From Laetmonice hystrix (lineage: Eukaryota): a DNA stretch of 64,000 nt. The position numbers and the translations under genes are program-made. Positions 39,301 to 54,200 of the stretch are shown in pieces. The stretch covers positions 30,444,001 through 30,508,000 of the forward strand of contig OZ249436.1 in the NCBI GenBank assembly GCA_965235115.1, given 5' to 3'. Each line of letters opens with the position of its first letter. Position 1 is the first letter of the stretch. Below the pieces are notes generated by a model. That model was not told the DNA's origin. It did not search any database and saw only the letters and a program-made list of their open reading frames with translations.

Positions 39301-39843
39301 CCGTAACGACTGGGAGCATCATACCAATGGTAACTCGGTAACTTATACCGTATAGATAACGACTGGGAGCATCATGCCAATGGTAACTCGGTAACTTATA
39401 CCGTATAGATAACGACTGGGAGTATCATGCCAATGGTAACTCGGTAACTTATACCGTAACGACTGGGAGCATCATGCCAATGGTAACTCGGTAACTTATA
39501 CCGTATAGATAACGACTGGGATCATCATACCAATGGTAACTCGGTAACTTATACCGTAACGACTGGGAGCATCGTGCCAATGGTAACTCGGTAACTTATA
39601 CCGTAACGACTGGGAGCATCGTGCCAATGGTAACTCGGTAACTTATACCGTAACGACTGGGAGCATCATGCCAATGGTAACTCGGTAACTTATACCGTAT
39701 AGATAACGACTGGGAGCATCATGCCAATGGTAACTCGGTAACTTATACCGTATAGATAACGACTGGGAGCATCATGCCAATGGTAACTCGGTAACTTATA
39801 CCGTATAGATAACGACTGGGAGCATACCAATGATAACTCGGTA
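36380..39843. repeat. Compound minisatellite: 64-bp units grading into 53/47-bp units (ggtaactcggtaacttataccgta[tagata]acgactgggagcatcatgccaat)
   Basis: Directly visible; periods measured as 64 bp (36380-36700) and 53/47 bp (37021 onward). Confidence 0.98.
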
Positions 39844-40140
39844 CCTAACTCCTATCTAGAAGGGAGCCGACTGCGGCCTCATATAGACCACAGGAGAAAG
39901 AATACCGGTAAGTCTGTATAACTACTTTCTAAAATACACGAAAGATTTTTGTTGGCGGTCGGTCGATACACAGTTGGGCGCGCCTGCCAAATCGCTGCCA
40001 TTTTGGCTCAAACTCCCAGTTTATCATCAAATATGTCCCTGAGTAGGCCTATACGCAGTTCGAGGGTCGTCCTATCAAAGTCTGGAGCTGTGCTTGTCAT
40101 GCAACCGTCGTCTGGCATCTCAACCGTGGTCTCTCACACA

Positions 40141-43100
40141 ATGACCTTCGATGTGGTGATGATGATGGCGCTAGGCCTACTTCTTCCCGGAATCGCCCAT
40201 TTAGGAGCATCTCCATACCAAGGCAAGTTGTATTGGTGTCTCTCTCTCTGATATCATCAAACATAGGCCTATACACAGATTAAATTGGGCGAGTAATAAT
40301 ATTACTGACTTATCAAGTCGCCTTGCTCATTTTTATGATCAGTCATGATGATCTTGTATCAAAATGTATCTGAATGACGTCAGAGGGCCCTGTAGGTGAT
40401 AATGGACAGGAGCGTGCCGTGCTGCACCCCGCTTCGTTAGATGTTGCGTTTCAGCTGGCCAAATACAACAAATGGACAAGAGCGATTATAATCAGTGACG
40501 GTGAGTTGGCACAATCCGACATTATTATGCATGGTTAAAAATCAAAACAAGAATGATTTCTATCAGGAAGTTAATTTCAATTCATTCCAATTCGGTAGAG
40601 ATAGTTTCAAAGAAAAGCATGACAAGGACATGGAACGTGATACTGTTCTCAATTTCTAGAGATAATAATAAACACTGCTGAAGAATCGTTTGGATTGACC
40701 GTGTCATATTGCGGTTGTGAATGTCCCAACCTTGACGACCATCTCGAACAGTTTGAGGAAGTCATAAACGTAATACTATGGTGCAACACGTCTGGCGTGA
40801 TGAGATTCATGAAAAAGGTCGGTATTTACATCCCGTATATTTTAATTTAGGCCTACGTCATAATGATCATAGTCGCCGCATCTTTGGAATAGAAACCTAC
40901 CGCGAGAACTTACAACCTTTCAGGGGCGCCGCTGCCTATTTCAAAGTGGGGGGGACAATCTTGGTGTGATTGACCTTTTCCCCCCTATTTATGTACCATA
41001 GGAATTGCAAAATAACAGTGTATCCCCCCCCCCCGGGGGGCGGAGCCAGGTTTTTTTTTTTGCCGGGGGGGGGGGGGTTCAGAAGGTGCCCGCGCCGAGA
41101 GGAGGGGGGCTCTGACTGAAAATGTTTGGGAATATAAAAGGCCATAGATGCTATTTCCCGGCTTCTCAGCATCAAACTCAAGAGCTTTCGGTGCCGACCT
41201 TTTGCTCAAAATTAATGTATTAATCAGTGAGGGATTCAGGGGGCTTGCCCTCCTTAGATCTTCCTTTTTTGTATGAAGATGTATTACTATTAGTACAGTT
41301 AGGCCTACGATGAAATCATGCCGAGCGTAGCGAGGCTAACATCTTTTTTTAGGTAGGCCCCACCTGGCCCTTGACATCACAAGAAACAGTATCAAGCAAT
41401 ATTTATCAGAAGCAAAAACATTTGACGATTAAGCCTAAAACACACTTTTACCAAATAAAATAGAGACCGTCCCCATTCTACTTGCCACTCTCTATTCTAC
41501 CACACTATAGGCCTAGTAAAAAAAATTGGTAAACCTCACCCATTAATAATAAATGAATACATTAACGCTTGAGGTCTTTTTCTTCAAAATCAAATAGGAA
41601 GGCCCAACATGGGGGTGAAAAATGTTGACGGCCGCAGACCTAACGCTGTTAGACAATAATTAAAGCGTAGCCTAGATTTCCTAGAGCTAAACATAGACCT
41701 GAATATTCAGGTCTATATGAGCTATAAGCAAGAGACGGTACGGATCCAGCTTTTTCAAGTAGGGGGGTCCAACGTTTTTAGGGGGCGCAACCGGAGTGAC
41801 TGTACGAGCACCGAAGGCACAAAGCCTTGCTAAGGGGTCCGGGGGCATGCCCCCCCCCGGAAAATTTTCAAATTCAAGGTGTAGATCTAATTTAGTGAAA
41901 TCTGATGCATTTTGGAGCACAAAATAAGCTATTTAAAGACCAATGATGTCAAAAGTCTTATGTAGCCCTACAATGCCGTGAGGCGCCATTAACGGCAGGA
42001 GGGGCGCCATGAAACTTTAGGGGGGGGGGTCCAGACCCTATGTGACCCCCTCCCCTGGATCCGCCAGTGTGGTAGGACTGAGGTACACAGGGAAGCTGCA
42101 GGGGGCCTAGGCCGCGGTTAGGCCCATATTAGTCTCATATTGGCATATATTAAGTATAGAAGAGCAAAGCATAGACTTATCTCCTAAACACATAGGCCTA
42201 GGCCTATATATAGGCGAAAGCCAAGATTAAAAATGATCAAAATCTATCTTAAATTTGCGTCCCATATGGGCCATTGACCTTAAAAAGCAGGCATATAGGG
42301 AGTATAAGAAGACCTGTAGATCTATTAGTATTAGGCCTAACTTCAACTTCAAGGAGCCTTTGACCTTTTTAGGTCGCCAGCAAAAGTGGGGGGGACATGT
42401 CCCCCCCGTCCCCCCCGGCAGCGGCGCCCCTGCCTTTATTTCATCTATAGGAGAGTCACAGAGAGAGATTTGTCTGAAACGTTCGTTACTCTCCCAGCTA
42501 GGACATTATAATGTCGTCTGCAGACTGCATGAGCTTACCTATATCTCTGGGCCTTGTTTCACAATCAGACGAACTGTGACCCGGGAGACCGCTGCGCCTT
42601 GTTTCGCCCACTCTTTAATTGGTGCCTTGTCGTCCCCGACACGTCCATCTCTATCCCACGGCTGACCCACGTCCTCAAAGTTGTCGAGCCTAGTGACAGG
42701 CTTGCCGTCATCCTCCGCCCTCCACAGGTATATATTATAAATATAGCTCGAGCGATTTATGGATTTAATGACAATCGTGCAAGTAGAAAAATTTAGCTAT
42801 AGGCTTACTTATATAATTATCAATGCTAAGTCGACCAGGTAGGTCTATTTTTTGTTGTAAACATAGAATTCAATATATACCAGTAAACTCCGCCTAAGTC
42901 ACCAGGGTGTAAGCCGACAAATCACCTAAGTCGACACAATTCCCAAAGTCCCGATTTGGTCTAATGTTAATTCTAATAGAATACATCGTTAAAGCCGACA
43001 CTTGTAAGTCGCCACTTGGCCTAAACCGACGCACCGAGTCTGGCCCCAAGTAACGTTTAGATCTATACATATAAATTTCTACCTCTAAGTCGACACGGAG

Positions 43101-46100
43101 AATCCCGAGCTATAACGTTACTGGCCGCCCAGTGAGTAGTACTGGAAAATGAACCTTTTATGCATGCGGGCATCTGTTTCTCACCGTGTTCTAATCATGG
43201 CGAGAATATTAAGGTGCTGGTAGATTATGAGGCTCGGAACGTCACAAATGTGACGTCCTACTACCTATGCCATAGATTTTTTTCGTTTCTCTTGATTTGA
43301 TTGAATTTCTTTGAGTAGTATTATCTACAATGCATGTATAATATTTAGCCGTCAGTGTTATTATAATTTGTGCTGACAGTGCATGTAGACTACAGTGTAT
43401 CGACATACACACAAGCCGTCCATAATGTCATCTTATGCATAAATCGACATAATATAGTGACTTATGTGTCTCTCGTCATTTCTCTAAGCCGACACAAAAA
43501 CGCGGGTCCCAAAAGTGTCGACTTAGGCGGAGTTTACTTATTATACAGGTGCCTCTCGCCTGCCCGTTTCTAAAGTGATCAATATGGCTAAGTCCGAGAT
43601 CTATAGGTTTGGCCAATTACGGGCGGTTGGGGGTGTCACTTTTGTGTGAACCTTTTAAGCAGGGAAAAAGAAAACTTACTTCGTACCTTGGGGGTTTCAA
43701 TCCCAGTACACCCCCCCCCCCTTAAATCTGCCACTTATATGGGGGGAGGGGAGAAAGTTTTACACACACTTCCCCTGCCCCCTTGTTTCGACCCCTTATG
43801 CCGCACATCGACACCAGGGGGCCGTTTCACTAAGCGAGGACATCCCCAAGTAGGGATAGATCTATCCACGATTCAGAGACACGCCGTTTCACTAAAATGT
43901 CCTTGAAATTAACATTGCCCGACTTGGGGATGTCCCCAGGAAGGAATATTTTAGTGGAACACTTTGAGTGCATGGATGTCCCCAAATCGGGGATGTCGCG
44001 GGGATGTCACCGTTAGTGACCCCCCCCCCCCCGGGATCCAATTACATGTATTCAGGGACAGGATGCCATAGGATAGAAGACAACCCGAGTTCTGCCCCTG
44101 CCTCATGCAGTGTCGTATCGGCGCACATGTACACAAACCACTGCATTTTAATCTGCATTGTTCAAACGAATATCGGGGTATGTCCGATTGCCTCATAAAA
44201 CTTTCAGGCTACTGCTCTGAACATTGTGGACATAGTGGAATGCCAGGCTGTGTGCAAACGGGAGGTCAACTGGAAATGGGTTGGCCGGGTCCAAAATGGC
44301 TCCCTAACAAAAGGCTGTTGGCCGTACTTGCCGGGTTACTTTGTCAACTTCAATGGTCGCCATGTCGTCGTTGTCAGTACACATGTAAGTATACATTGTA
44401 TAGGGCATTCAGATTATTTATCTTATATTGAGTAACCTACAAGTAGTTCTATACTAACTTGCAATTGTGTCACAACAGTTAATAAATTTCTGTATCTCAG
44501 TCTCGACCATATCAGTTCCATGAAGAGTTAAATGGCAACCCACATTTCTGGGGTACAACGCCGAATATGGTCCAGCTGTTGGCTTCCTTCCTGAACTTTA
44601 CGTAAGTGTCGTATAATATTGGCTATCATGATCAGTCTATGAAACAGAACGTCATCCTTTCATTATTGTTGCTGGAGAAATGGGATTTTGAAATTGTTCG
44701 AGTTGAGATGTGACTCAACTGTAGGTCTATAGAGGAGGTCTACTACACCGTTCAGTATAGGTCTATTGTTTGGCTATACGATATTTTTCATACAACTTTA
44801 AGTGTCTACGGCCCTGTTCTGCTGTAATGTTCTTCCATAACACCGACCTGATAACTTTGAGAAAACGTTCTCATTCTCAGCTAAACTTTAATATACAAAA
44901 CGTTTTATTTGTAGTTATACGTATGTGAAATCGGTGGACAACTCGTACGGTTCCATAGATAAGGCTGGCAGATGGCATGGTATGATCGGTATGGTCGTTC
45001 GCCGGGTTCGTGTCCATTCTTCATTTCAATCACGGCAATAGTTAGGCATATGTTTTATTATCAATATTCAGGCAGGGTTTCCGCCAAAATCGTTGGGTAA
45101 CCATTTTTCCATGACGTGATAAAAACAGGCATAAGAATGGAAAATTGGAAAAAAACGGAAAATCTAAATCCCCCTTGAGGAAGCCCAGTACAGGTTGAAA
45201 TCATCCCCTTTCACACTAAGAGTTCTTCTGGCCCCTGAATCATATCGAGTCTGTATAGCCTATGTGTCACTCGAAATAGCGCCAAATTCAATCAAAGGGA
45301 ACTTTTATAACTGTGATGTCATCATGGGCAAGAGAGCACAATGTGGCTGGTTTTATCTATATAACGCCACATAATATCACTAGCCTTTAGGTAACAAAAA
45401 GTTAGTCCTTTTAGCACACAATCCTTCCGCCTGTTCCACTTGGAGTGAATATGAGATTTATCAGTAACATGCCGAACTGGACGGTCTGACTGCAGAAAGC
45501 CGACCTAATCGCTGCCGACCTCAGCATCACCAAACAGCGGGAACAGGCCATCGACTTTACCCACCCTTTCCTTGAGACCAGCTCGGGCGTCCTTCTCCGG
45601 ATCACTGCCAACACGTACGGCTACTTTCTGGAGCCGTTTGCCACCTCCACGTGGCTGGGCTACGGGGCGGCCGTCTTGCTCGCCGGGGTGGTGCTGGGCG
45701 CCATCTACAGGACGAAGGACGACCATCGTCTGGAGACCAGTGCCACCCGAGAGCCGGTTTACCGACAAAGGCTGACGCGACTGATCTTTGGTTTGGGCTA
45801 TACATTTCCAGCCGTTCTCTCCCAGGGTAGGAGCGTCTGCGTAGCCCGTATATATTCTGCATGTCTAGAGACTCCAGTTTTGTTTGGCCTTAATTATACG
45901 TGTATCTTGAAAATTATCTAACTTTATAAGCCTTATATATACGGGCATATGGATTGAGCAATTTGGTCATGTGTCTGGAAGCTTAACTAAAGATAGTAAC
46001 ATAGTTTGGGAAAGGTTATTAGGGCAGACTGGGAAATTCCTATGTTGCACCTGTATATAGACCGTAGCATAGACAAAAACAAAAACCATTGTTTATAGGG

Positions 46101-47595
46101 AGCCCAGTTCGAGTGACTACATGGCCGTCTCGTCTCCTGGTCGCCATGTTTTGGTTGGGTGTTGTCATCATGATCAGTACCTACACTAGTAATCTGGTCG
46201 CTGCACTGTCCACCAAGTCCCTGCCATTCCCGTTCACCACACTCGACCAAATGGCTGCTCAGGACACCTACGCACCGCTTCTGGTTCGGGGAGGACTCAC
46301 ACATCTCTTACTCAGTGTGAGTATATATGCCGAAATCACACGAGAATTCACAACACAACTGTCCTCAGATGCGATAGGTTTACACACTCGTAATTGTGAG
46401 AAAATTTAAAAGTGTCTTTCTAATGTTTGCTGAGGTATTTAGATCTAATCAAAGATCGACTGGTCATACTTTTTCTTAATTTCTAGCAAATATACTGGCT
46501 AAAAAGTATGAATTTTACTGTTAGTGCTTAATGGTGCAAAATGCAAAACAAAACAAAAAGCAAATGTGAATAGATAGACCTTTACTCAAGTTTTGGAACA
46601 GAGGTTTGCTTTCTTAATACCAGAAACATATATTGTTTCAAAGTGAATTTCCATCCAATCCATCCTGGGGACACCAATGTCTGCATTATTTCTGTCTGAA
46701 CCTGCAGACCGCTTCCAAAGGTCCACTGCACGAAGTATGGAAGAAGGTGACCAACGACACTCTCGTGTCCAGTAATAAAGTGGCCATCCCCAAAATGTTG
46801 GACGGTCGGCACGCCCTGATGGGCAGCACACGTGCCAAGCTGTCCGAGGCCAGGGCACAGGGACACTGTGACGTCGTGCACATTGTCGGCGCCAACTACT
46901 TCTCGACAGGACTTGGGTTTGCACTGCCGCAAGGCTCGCCATTCACCAAACATCTGTCTAAAATGTAAGATTTCACCTGCCGCCCCATACAGAACAGGTC
47001 AAGTCATTTAGGCCTACTATTATGATAGCCTGGAACGATTTACCCTTGGGTGAACTAAATTTGAAATCTAGCCCCAATTCGACATCTAGATTTGCAGACA
47101 AGGTAGGACATCGAATAGGTCCTAATGGTTTTGGCTTAAATACGGGCGCCAAATTTAGTTTACTTCCATGCTATTTTAAGATTTTTACTATTATATCTAA
47201 GGTCGGCCTACCCATAGATTTAAATGCTTCTAGAATCACCACATCCCCGTTTTATCCTCTATTAACCTGTTGGACTGTTTAGTACACAGAGCTCGCACAC
47301 CTATAAATGGCTGTCTGTTTCGTCCCTCAGTATAATCAGGATGAAGGGAGGTAACCTGATAGAGAGATGGTACAAACAGTACGGTCCACCAGACACCTGT
47401 CAATCACTCCAGCGTCCTCAGGCCGACTCGACCGTCGTCACCTTGTCCAACGTCTTCTACGTTCTTCTCATTCTCATCTTTGGACTGGGCGTTTCTCTGC
47501 TCATCTTTCTGGTGGAGGTGGCCTCGGCGTGTCGGCGCAGACCAATTAGAAATGTGCTACATGGACATCGAACTAACAAAGGAATGAATACTTGA
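40141..47595 (+). CDS. Divergent ionotropic receptor (IR / iGluR superfamily), about 651 aa
   Basis: Predicted exons 40141-40222 (signal peptide, GC donor), 40384-40500, 40660-40817, 42569-42727, 44208-44384, 44501-44601, 44915-45005, 45496-45826, 46099-46316, 46708-46964, 47331-47595; phases consistent. Motifs WHGMIGMV, ADLIAADLSITKQREQAIDFTHPF (S1), LSQG (pore loop), STYTSNLVAAL (M3), GFALPQGSPF, final TM. AATAAA at 47653-47658. The first four exons are less certain. Confidence 0.88.
42881..43539. mobile_element. Tc1/mariner-like non-autonomous element in an IR intron
   Basis: TIR cagtaaactccgcctaagtcg / cgacttaggcggagtttact; many aagtcgac/aagccgac subterminal repeats; second copy at about 49700-50186. 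Confidence 0.8.
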
Positions 47596-48234
47596 TACAC
47601 GTTGTGTATTTTTTTAAACCTACTTAAGGGCCTTTAACAGTGTCGTGACGTGAATAAACGTTTATCAACATTTACCGTTAACTACTCACTTATTCTGCTA
47701 AAACTCTGTTGGGTGTGCAGCTCGCTCCTCAGCATTTTCCTTTCTTTGGGTGTAATACTAAACCTGTCATCTTGGGGTTTCTGTGGTTTAAATCGGTACT
47801 TCAAATGATCTAGATTTTGAGTTCGAGCTGGTGAAAGACTCCACAGACAGAACCCCACGTTTGAGTGGAACATGGAACATTTAGACAGAAACTGCCAGGC
47901 ACGGCAACTGTTATTACATATTGGAGGCAAACTTTAATCTCCCTCTTTATAATACAAATGAAACAAAGATTCTTGAAAAGCTTCTTTGAGACTGTCGTCA
48001 GGTAGTTGAAAACTTATTGATTTACGAGGAAATATATTCTCGAATCCGGAAATTGTTAGGATTCAATGCTACAACATATCTTGTCATTTGAAAAGGAAAT
48101 CACCGGAAGGCGAGTTGTGCACTCATTCGAACTAATTTTATATTTAACAGCAAGTTGTAACATGAAGAGAACATGTAAGTTGCCTCCTGAACGTTTTAAA
48201 TTTCAACGAGCTCCTCCCATCTTCACGGGTACGT

Positions 48235-51200
48235 TCAGGAGATAGGGATTGGAGTCCACAGCGTTTCATCCTGCCGAGAACTGGCCTGGTACTCCTCCGC
48301 CTTCCCTACGCCGGTGGCGTCCTCCGCAGCTTCAGAATCGGCCATCAAACCTGCTGCCTCCTCCTGTGTGGCCACCGTTATCTCAGAACCCTCAGAGTCC
48401 GATGCCAGGAGGATTGTTACCTGCTGGGGTTCCTCCTGGTGTTCCATCATACAGTTGTCCTGGAGGATTTCTCCCTCCACCTGCTCTGTGTGCTCCACCG
48501 CCATGTGATCCTGGATGGTTTCAATCAGTGGTTGGGTGAAGTCACAGAAAGCACACTTGTACATGTAGTTCTCTACTGCTCGTTCCGACTCGTCACCGAC
48601 TTGAGCACTTCGGCTACTCTTTACAGATCTTTTAGTGTGCAGTCTTACATGGCGCTCAAAGAGACTCGAGTCATTGGAACGATAACCACACATGTCACAA
48701 ACCAGGTGTTTTTTCTCATTGTGGACAGTGTTCATGTGATGGTCCAGCGATCGCTGGTAGATGGTTTCAAAGTTGCAATCCAACTCTTCACACTGGTACC
48801 ATTCCCCTGCGAAAAATAGACATTTAACAAAAAATAAACTGAATGATACCTTTGAAATAACGATAGAATTCTGTGTAATTTATTAATGTAAAATCTATGC
48901 CAGGGATAAAATTGTCTCCAAACATTGCATTAACGACAGAGGTTATCTAAAGAGAAATGTATATCAAAATGCTGCCAGCTGAATGGCCAAGGAATACTGC
49001 ATGCTCCTGAGGAGGCGTTGCATGACATGCCATGTGATTATTCTTGGAATATTGTTGGCACCTGGTGCCTGGTATATGTGGTGAGGATAATATGTTCGGG
49101 ACTTGATACATGTGCAGGGCCAGCAAGTTGAGGCCACTGCTGGCGCCACCTAACGTTACAGTAAACACTAGACACCCCTACCGGCAGTCATACAAACTAC
49201 TCCATTCATCATCAGTCCATGTCAGCGTTATTTATTTAATATTTTGGAGCCAGTAACCAGCTTGCTTGCAAGACAAAAGGTTGAATGTCAAAATGAAGGA
49301 AATAAAGAATAAAAGAGTAATACTGCACATGGCTGCTAATCTTTCATAACCTGAATAGCTCACCAGTATGCTTGCGCATATGTTCCCTCTGCGAGTTTGA
49401 GTAGTGACAGGTGTATTCACACGATGAACAGGAGAACATCTTCACGTCCCCTGTGCCCAACAAAAAACATGATACATGTACATGCCACAAACATTAGCAC
49501 TAGTATACCCCAGTATAAATGTAAAGTTTCTAGAGAATATTTTCAAATTCATTCTACTGCTATTGTTACAGTGAAAATGATAAATAATTACGATTGATTC
49601 ATGCACAATACAACAGCTCAGCGTCAATGGCTACTTTGTTTCCTGCACTGATTAGTCGGTTCTTGGTCACGTGGTACGAATCATAGCCTACACCGTCAGC
49701 ACAAATTATGATAACACTGACGGCTACATATACATGTATACACGTAGATCTGCATTGTTTATCATGTTACTCAAAGAAATTCAATCAAATCAAGAGAAAT
49801 GAAAAAAAACTATGGTATAGCAGGACGTCACATTTGTGACGTTCCGAGGCTCATAATCTACCAGCACCTTCTCGCCATGATTAGAACACGGTGAGAAACA
49901 GACGCCCCCGTCAAAGGTTCATTTTCCAGTACTACTCACTGGGCGACCAGGCTTACGTTATAGCTCGGGATTCCCCTCAACTTAGAGCTAGAAATTTATA
50001 TGTATAAACGCTACTTGGGGCCAGACTCGGTGCGTCGGTTTAGGCCAAGTAGCGACTTACAAGTGTTGGCTTTGACGATGTATTCTACATAGATTAACAT
50101 TAGACCAAATCAGGACTTTGGGAATTGCGTTGACTTTGTCGGTGATTTGTCGGCTTACACGCTGGCGACTTAGGCACAGTTTACTGTATATGAAAGAGAA
50201 ATTCAGATCTAGGAGTAGATAGGAGTGGCATCACAGTGAGTGTGGCATCACAGTGAGTGACGTCTAATTAATGTAGGTCACACTCACAGGCAGAGAACTA
50301 AAAATAACACACCCAGTCGCCGCGGATCGCTATGTTTACAAATGTACTTTTGAATGAAATGCATGTAGGTATGGCGTGTTATAAAACACATGTTGACTGC
50401 CTTATTCGGGCAACAGCATAAGACTGTTCCCCCCTCGGGCCATTTTGATCACCCCAAAATCAATCTATTCCCCTTGGGCAATGCCCTCAGGAAACAGATC
50501 GATTCTGGGGTGATCAACATGTCCCTCGGGGGGAACAGACGTATGCTGTTGCCCTCTTGACCAGTCAACATGTGTATACTATCCAATATGCGAATTTTGC
50601 ATGAACATACCATCTGGAGCATGAAAGCGAGCATGCCTGTCCCGGTCATAGGGCCTTGCAAAAGTTTTGCCACACTCTTGACAACTGAATCTCTTGTGTC
50701 GTCCCACATATTGGTTGAAAGGACGTCTGTAGACGAACCCTGCTCTACATTCCTGTATAAAATATGTCCAATAATATAATTATGTCCGTCTACAAGTAAA
50801 TAATGTTACGTTTCCACATGTACCAATAATATAAATTCATATCAAGTACTTTAAAATGTACCTTTACTAACAGTACACAATTAGATTTATTGATTTTTTT
50901 TATTTAAAAAAGATGTATTGATTTCATAACTGTGAAGCATTCTATAGAGTAATAACTCATCCCAGCCCGGGAATTTTGACAAATATATCAAATAAAATAA
51001 ATCAGCTTATGTATGGGAAAGTTTCCTAATAAAAAAAATGTGCCTCAATGCTATTTCTATGGAATGTATAAAAAATTATATAGACCTTGAAATTATTCAT
51101 ATACTATTCAGAAAGTGACTATTCATAAAACATTGAAAGAAACCAATTATTATTTCCTACAGGAGGATATACTCACTTGACTAACACATTTTTTGCTATA

Positions 51201-54200
51201 GTTACGGCCCCCAGTGTGGTGGTAACCCTGGTGATCCGGCAGACTCACAGGCATAATGATCTTTTTCTTTATTTCCTTGTATGTAGATGTTTCTGGAAAA
51301 ACAACCCTGATGGTTTGTTGCTGCTTGGAGCGCAGCACCGGCCTCATTGTTGTGGTCCCAGGTGAGTCTTCTGTCGTGCTTTCAGCCTCATCTCTGAGTC
51401 TTCCTTCAGGCCAGGTGTTGGCATCTGTGATTTCATCTGTTTCCATCATTGTATCCAGGTCAGCAGCATAAGATGGTGGCTCATCTGCATCAAGCACAAC
51501 TGGGCTGGAGTTTGGCTCATCTGAGTTTTCCAGATCTCTCCTGATGTTGCAGCCCGAAGGTTTGGGATTCTTTCCGGGGCTAGATGTAGGCTTACCATAA
51601 GACTGAGCAAGAGAGTAGCCTTCCAGAGCCTTCTGCATGCTGAGTATGCAGTCTTGGAGTGCCTTCACAGCTCCTTCGCGAAAGTTATCCCTGTCAAAAC
51701 AAGATCTCAGATTGTCAGGGTATGAACTGCACACCTTGGCGGGGCAAATCTCGCAGCCATAGAATTTTATTGTTTATTGATCTAGCTTATTGTTTCAATG
51801 ATTTTCCTTATCTCAACTTTTAACTTAAAGGAAGGTGTTTTATTTCAGAAATTCTCTTATAATCAAACCACCCAAGAAAAATTAATCCATATCAGAATCA
51901 GAATCTGTGTTAAAGAAATTCCAGGTCAACTTCTCATCAGGAAAGGATGCAGCTCACAAATAAACATCAGTAAGATCAGTAAAAAAATCTCGAAAGTTAC
52001 CTTCTTGAAAAATCAAGGGTTGTTCTTGCTGGAACAGATGGTTGCGCCAAATCTGCAGTAGTTTGTGTTCCAGATATCACTGGAAGGATAAACTTCAAGA
52101 ATAAAGTCTTATCACATGCCACCATCTCACAGTTGGCCTCTTCTATGTTTCCACTGCAACGAGACTTGTGTTGGTTGAATGTAAAACTGGCGGCGAAGAG
52201 TCCATTGCACTTGTCACAACAAAAATAACGGCATTCTGATGAACCTGTAAAACAGCAGAAAAACAATATCAGCAGTCTGACCACTGGCCAGAGAAACAAT
52301 CTTGTCTCGTTAGCCTAGCTGCATTAGTTTTTTCTATTTATTACTGATTGTAGATTTTTAAAATGTATGTAACGGTATTCAGTTGTGCGAGGCATGAGGC
52401 ATGCCTCTTGTGGTGGTGATGACGAGATGATATTGGAGAAACCCGCACACTGAACCAAGGTTCTACTCTAATTGATAAGTGGCAAGGGTTCATTATCATG
52501 CAATGTGCTGAGGGCATAGGCACGACTATATAAACGTTCATCCTACCTTTCAATGAACTGATGCCTGATGTTTCGAAAGTCCTCTTTCGTGTAGTACCAG
52601 GTGTCTTCTTCTCTTGGGGTGTGCTTTTAGAAGTTTTTGGCGTATGTTTGGCTTCTATATGGGTTTCTGTGTTTCCCTTCCTTGCAAGGATGTGTCCACA
52701 GAGGCAGTGATAGTGTCCCCGGCTTGACGTGTCACCCTCACGACAGTCCCAGTAACAGGGCACTATTTTGGTACCTGGAAGAGACGGTAACTTTATACGT
52801 TTATGGTGTAACTGGAAAGATTTAGTTATCACATGAAATTCATAATATGTGACACCACACATGATTTCCAGCCTATTCTGTCAAAAAATCAATTTTGATT
52901 TGACAATCATGACCTGACATTCCAAAAACTGTTTACAAAATTGTAATCCATTGAGTATAACCAGAGATGTAGAAGATTTAGTAGTTCGAGGGGTTTTCGA
53001 GCAAACCCCTTTCATGACACATTTTAGGATATTACTTTATTGGATTTCATCTTGGAATCCAAGCATAGGCTGGTGGATTGGAAACCTGCTTTGGAGCATG
53101 TGGGTGGGTTGAGCCAGCTGCAGGTCAGTTTCATTACGCTAAGGCCAGTTTCAATAAATTTGCTCAGTTTTGGTGTTTAGTTGACAGAAATTTTGCATGG
53201 CTGCATGAGAGCGTAAGATGGATGCAGAATGCGTGAATCTCACACTCAAATGCATGAGACTGGGTAGGTCTGCTATAACTGGTTATATTTTTGAGAAACA
53301 AAAACAATTCACACTCACACAGGATGTGACGTCACAGCCTATCAAAGTATCAAATTCAGTAATCATCACTTCACTAGTTTTTGTTTAACATGGCCATTGG
53401 TAATCTGTAAAACTTCTATTGAGAAGTATACAAATATAACATAATTAGCTAATTAGCTATAGATAGAACATAACAGTGCTGATGAAAAGTGCCGGACTGC
53501 CGGACATTGCCGGCAATTTTTACTGATGTCCGATGTGAGGCATAATAACATCTGACAGATTGTCCGGTGTTATCAGATGGTCATGATGTTGGTAACCAGT
53601 ACTCAAGGTCCATGAGAAAGGTGGCAGCCTCACAGTCGGTGGCCCTGGCCCGGCGTTATGTAAGGGTAGCTGGATTCGGGTAGCTGATGGTGACTTCCCC
53701 ATCCCTCCCAGTCAGGGTTGGTTTGGAGGATCCTTGTGCTCAGAACTAGCTACTTGAACTAGCTGGGCCTTGTATAACTGTCTACTACATATATTTTCTT
53801 GAATCTTCTATTGGAGGAGAGCGGAATAAAACAATACTCTGATTATAGGTTGGCCAGCTGCCCTTGGTTTAGTGAGCCAGCAGGTTGGCGTTGATAGCAT
53901 TCATACCCATTGGCATTGTCTTTGTATGACACTGGGATGGGAAGGAGCTGCTTGATGTACGTGTGTTGTTAAAATGCTAGGAAAGGAGAGTAATACTCCA
54001 TGAGGAGTATCATAGTTTGCAATGACAAAGGGCAACTTACTGAATTCATAGTTTGATATATTTATTCTTGTTTGAAAAAGTCCAGAATTTGAAAATGTGC
54101 CCCACCTAACATTATGGGCTGGCTAAGGGCCCGTAACTCCCTCATCAAGCACACACCCTATAGGAATTATTATTAAAGTTGAAAAATTGGGCAATAAATT

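Noticed and set aside
36380..39843. CRISPR-like array
   Set aside because: Pure tandem repeat without variable spacers.
43549..44177. Extra IR exons at 43549 and 44056
   Set aside because: Open only in phase 1, which is incompatible with the phase-0 neighbours; both lie beside repeat elements.
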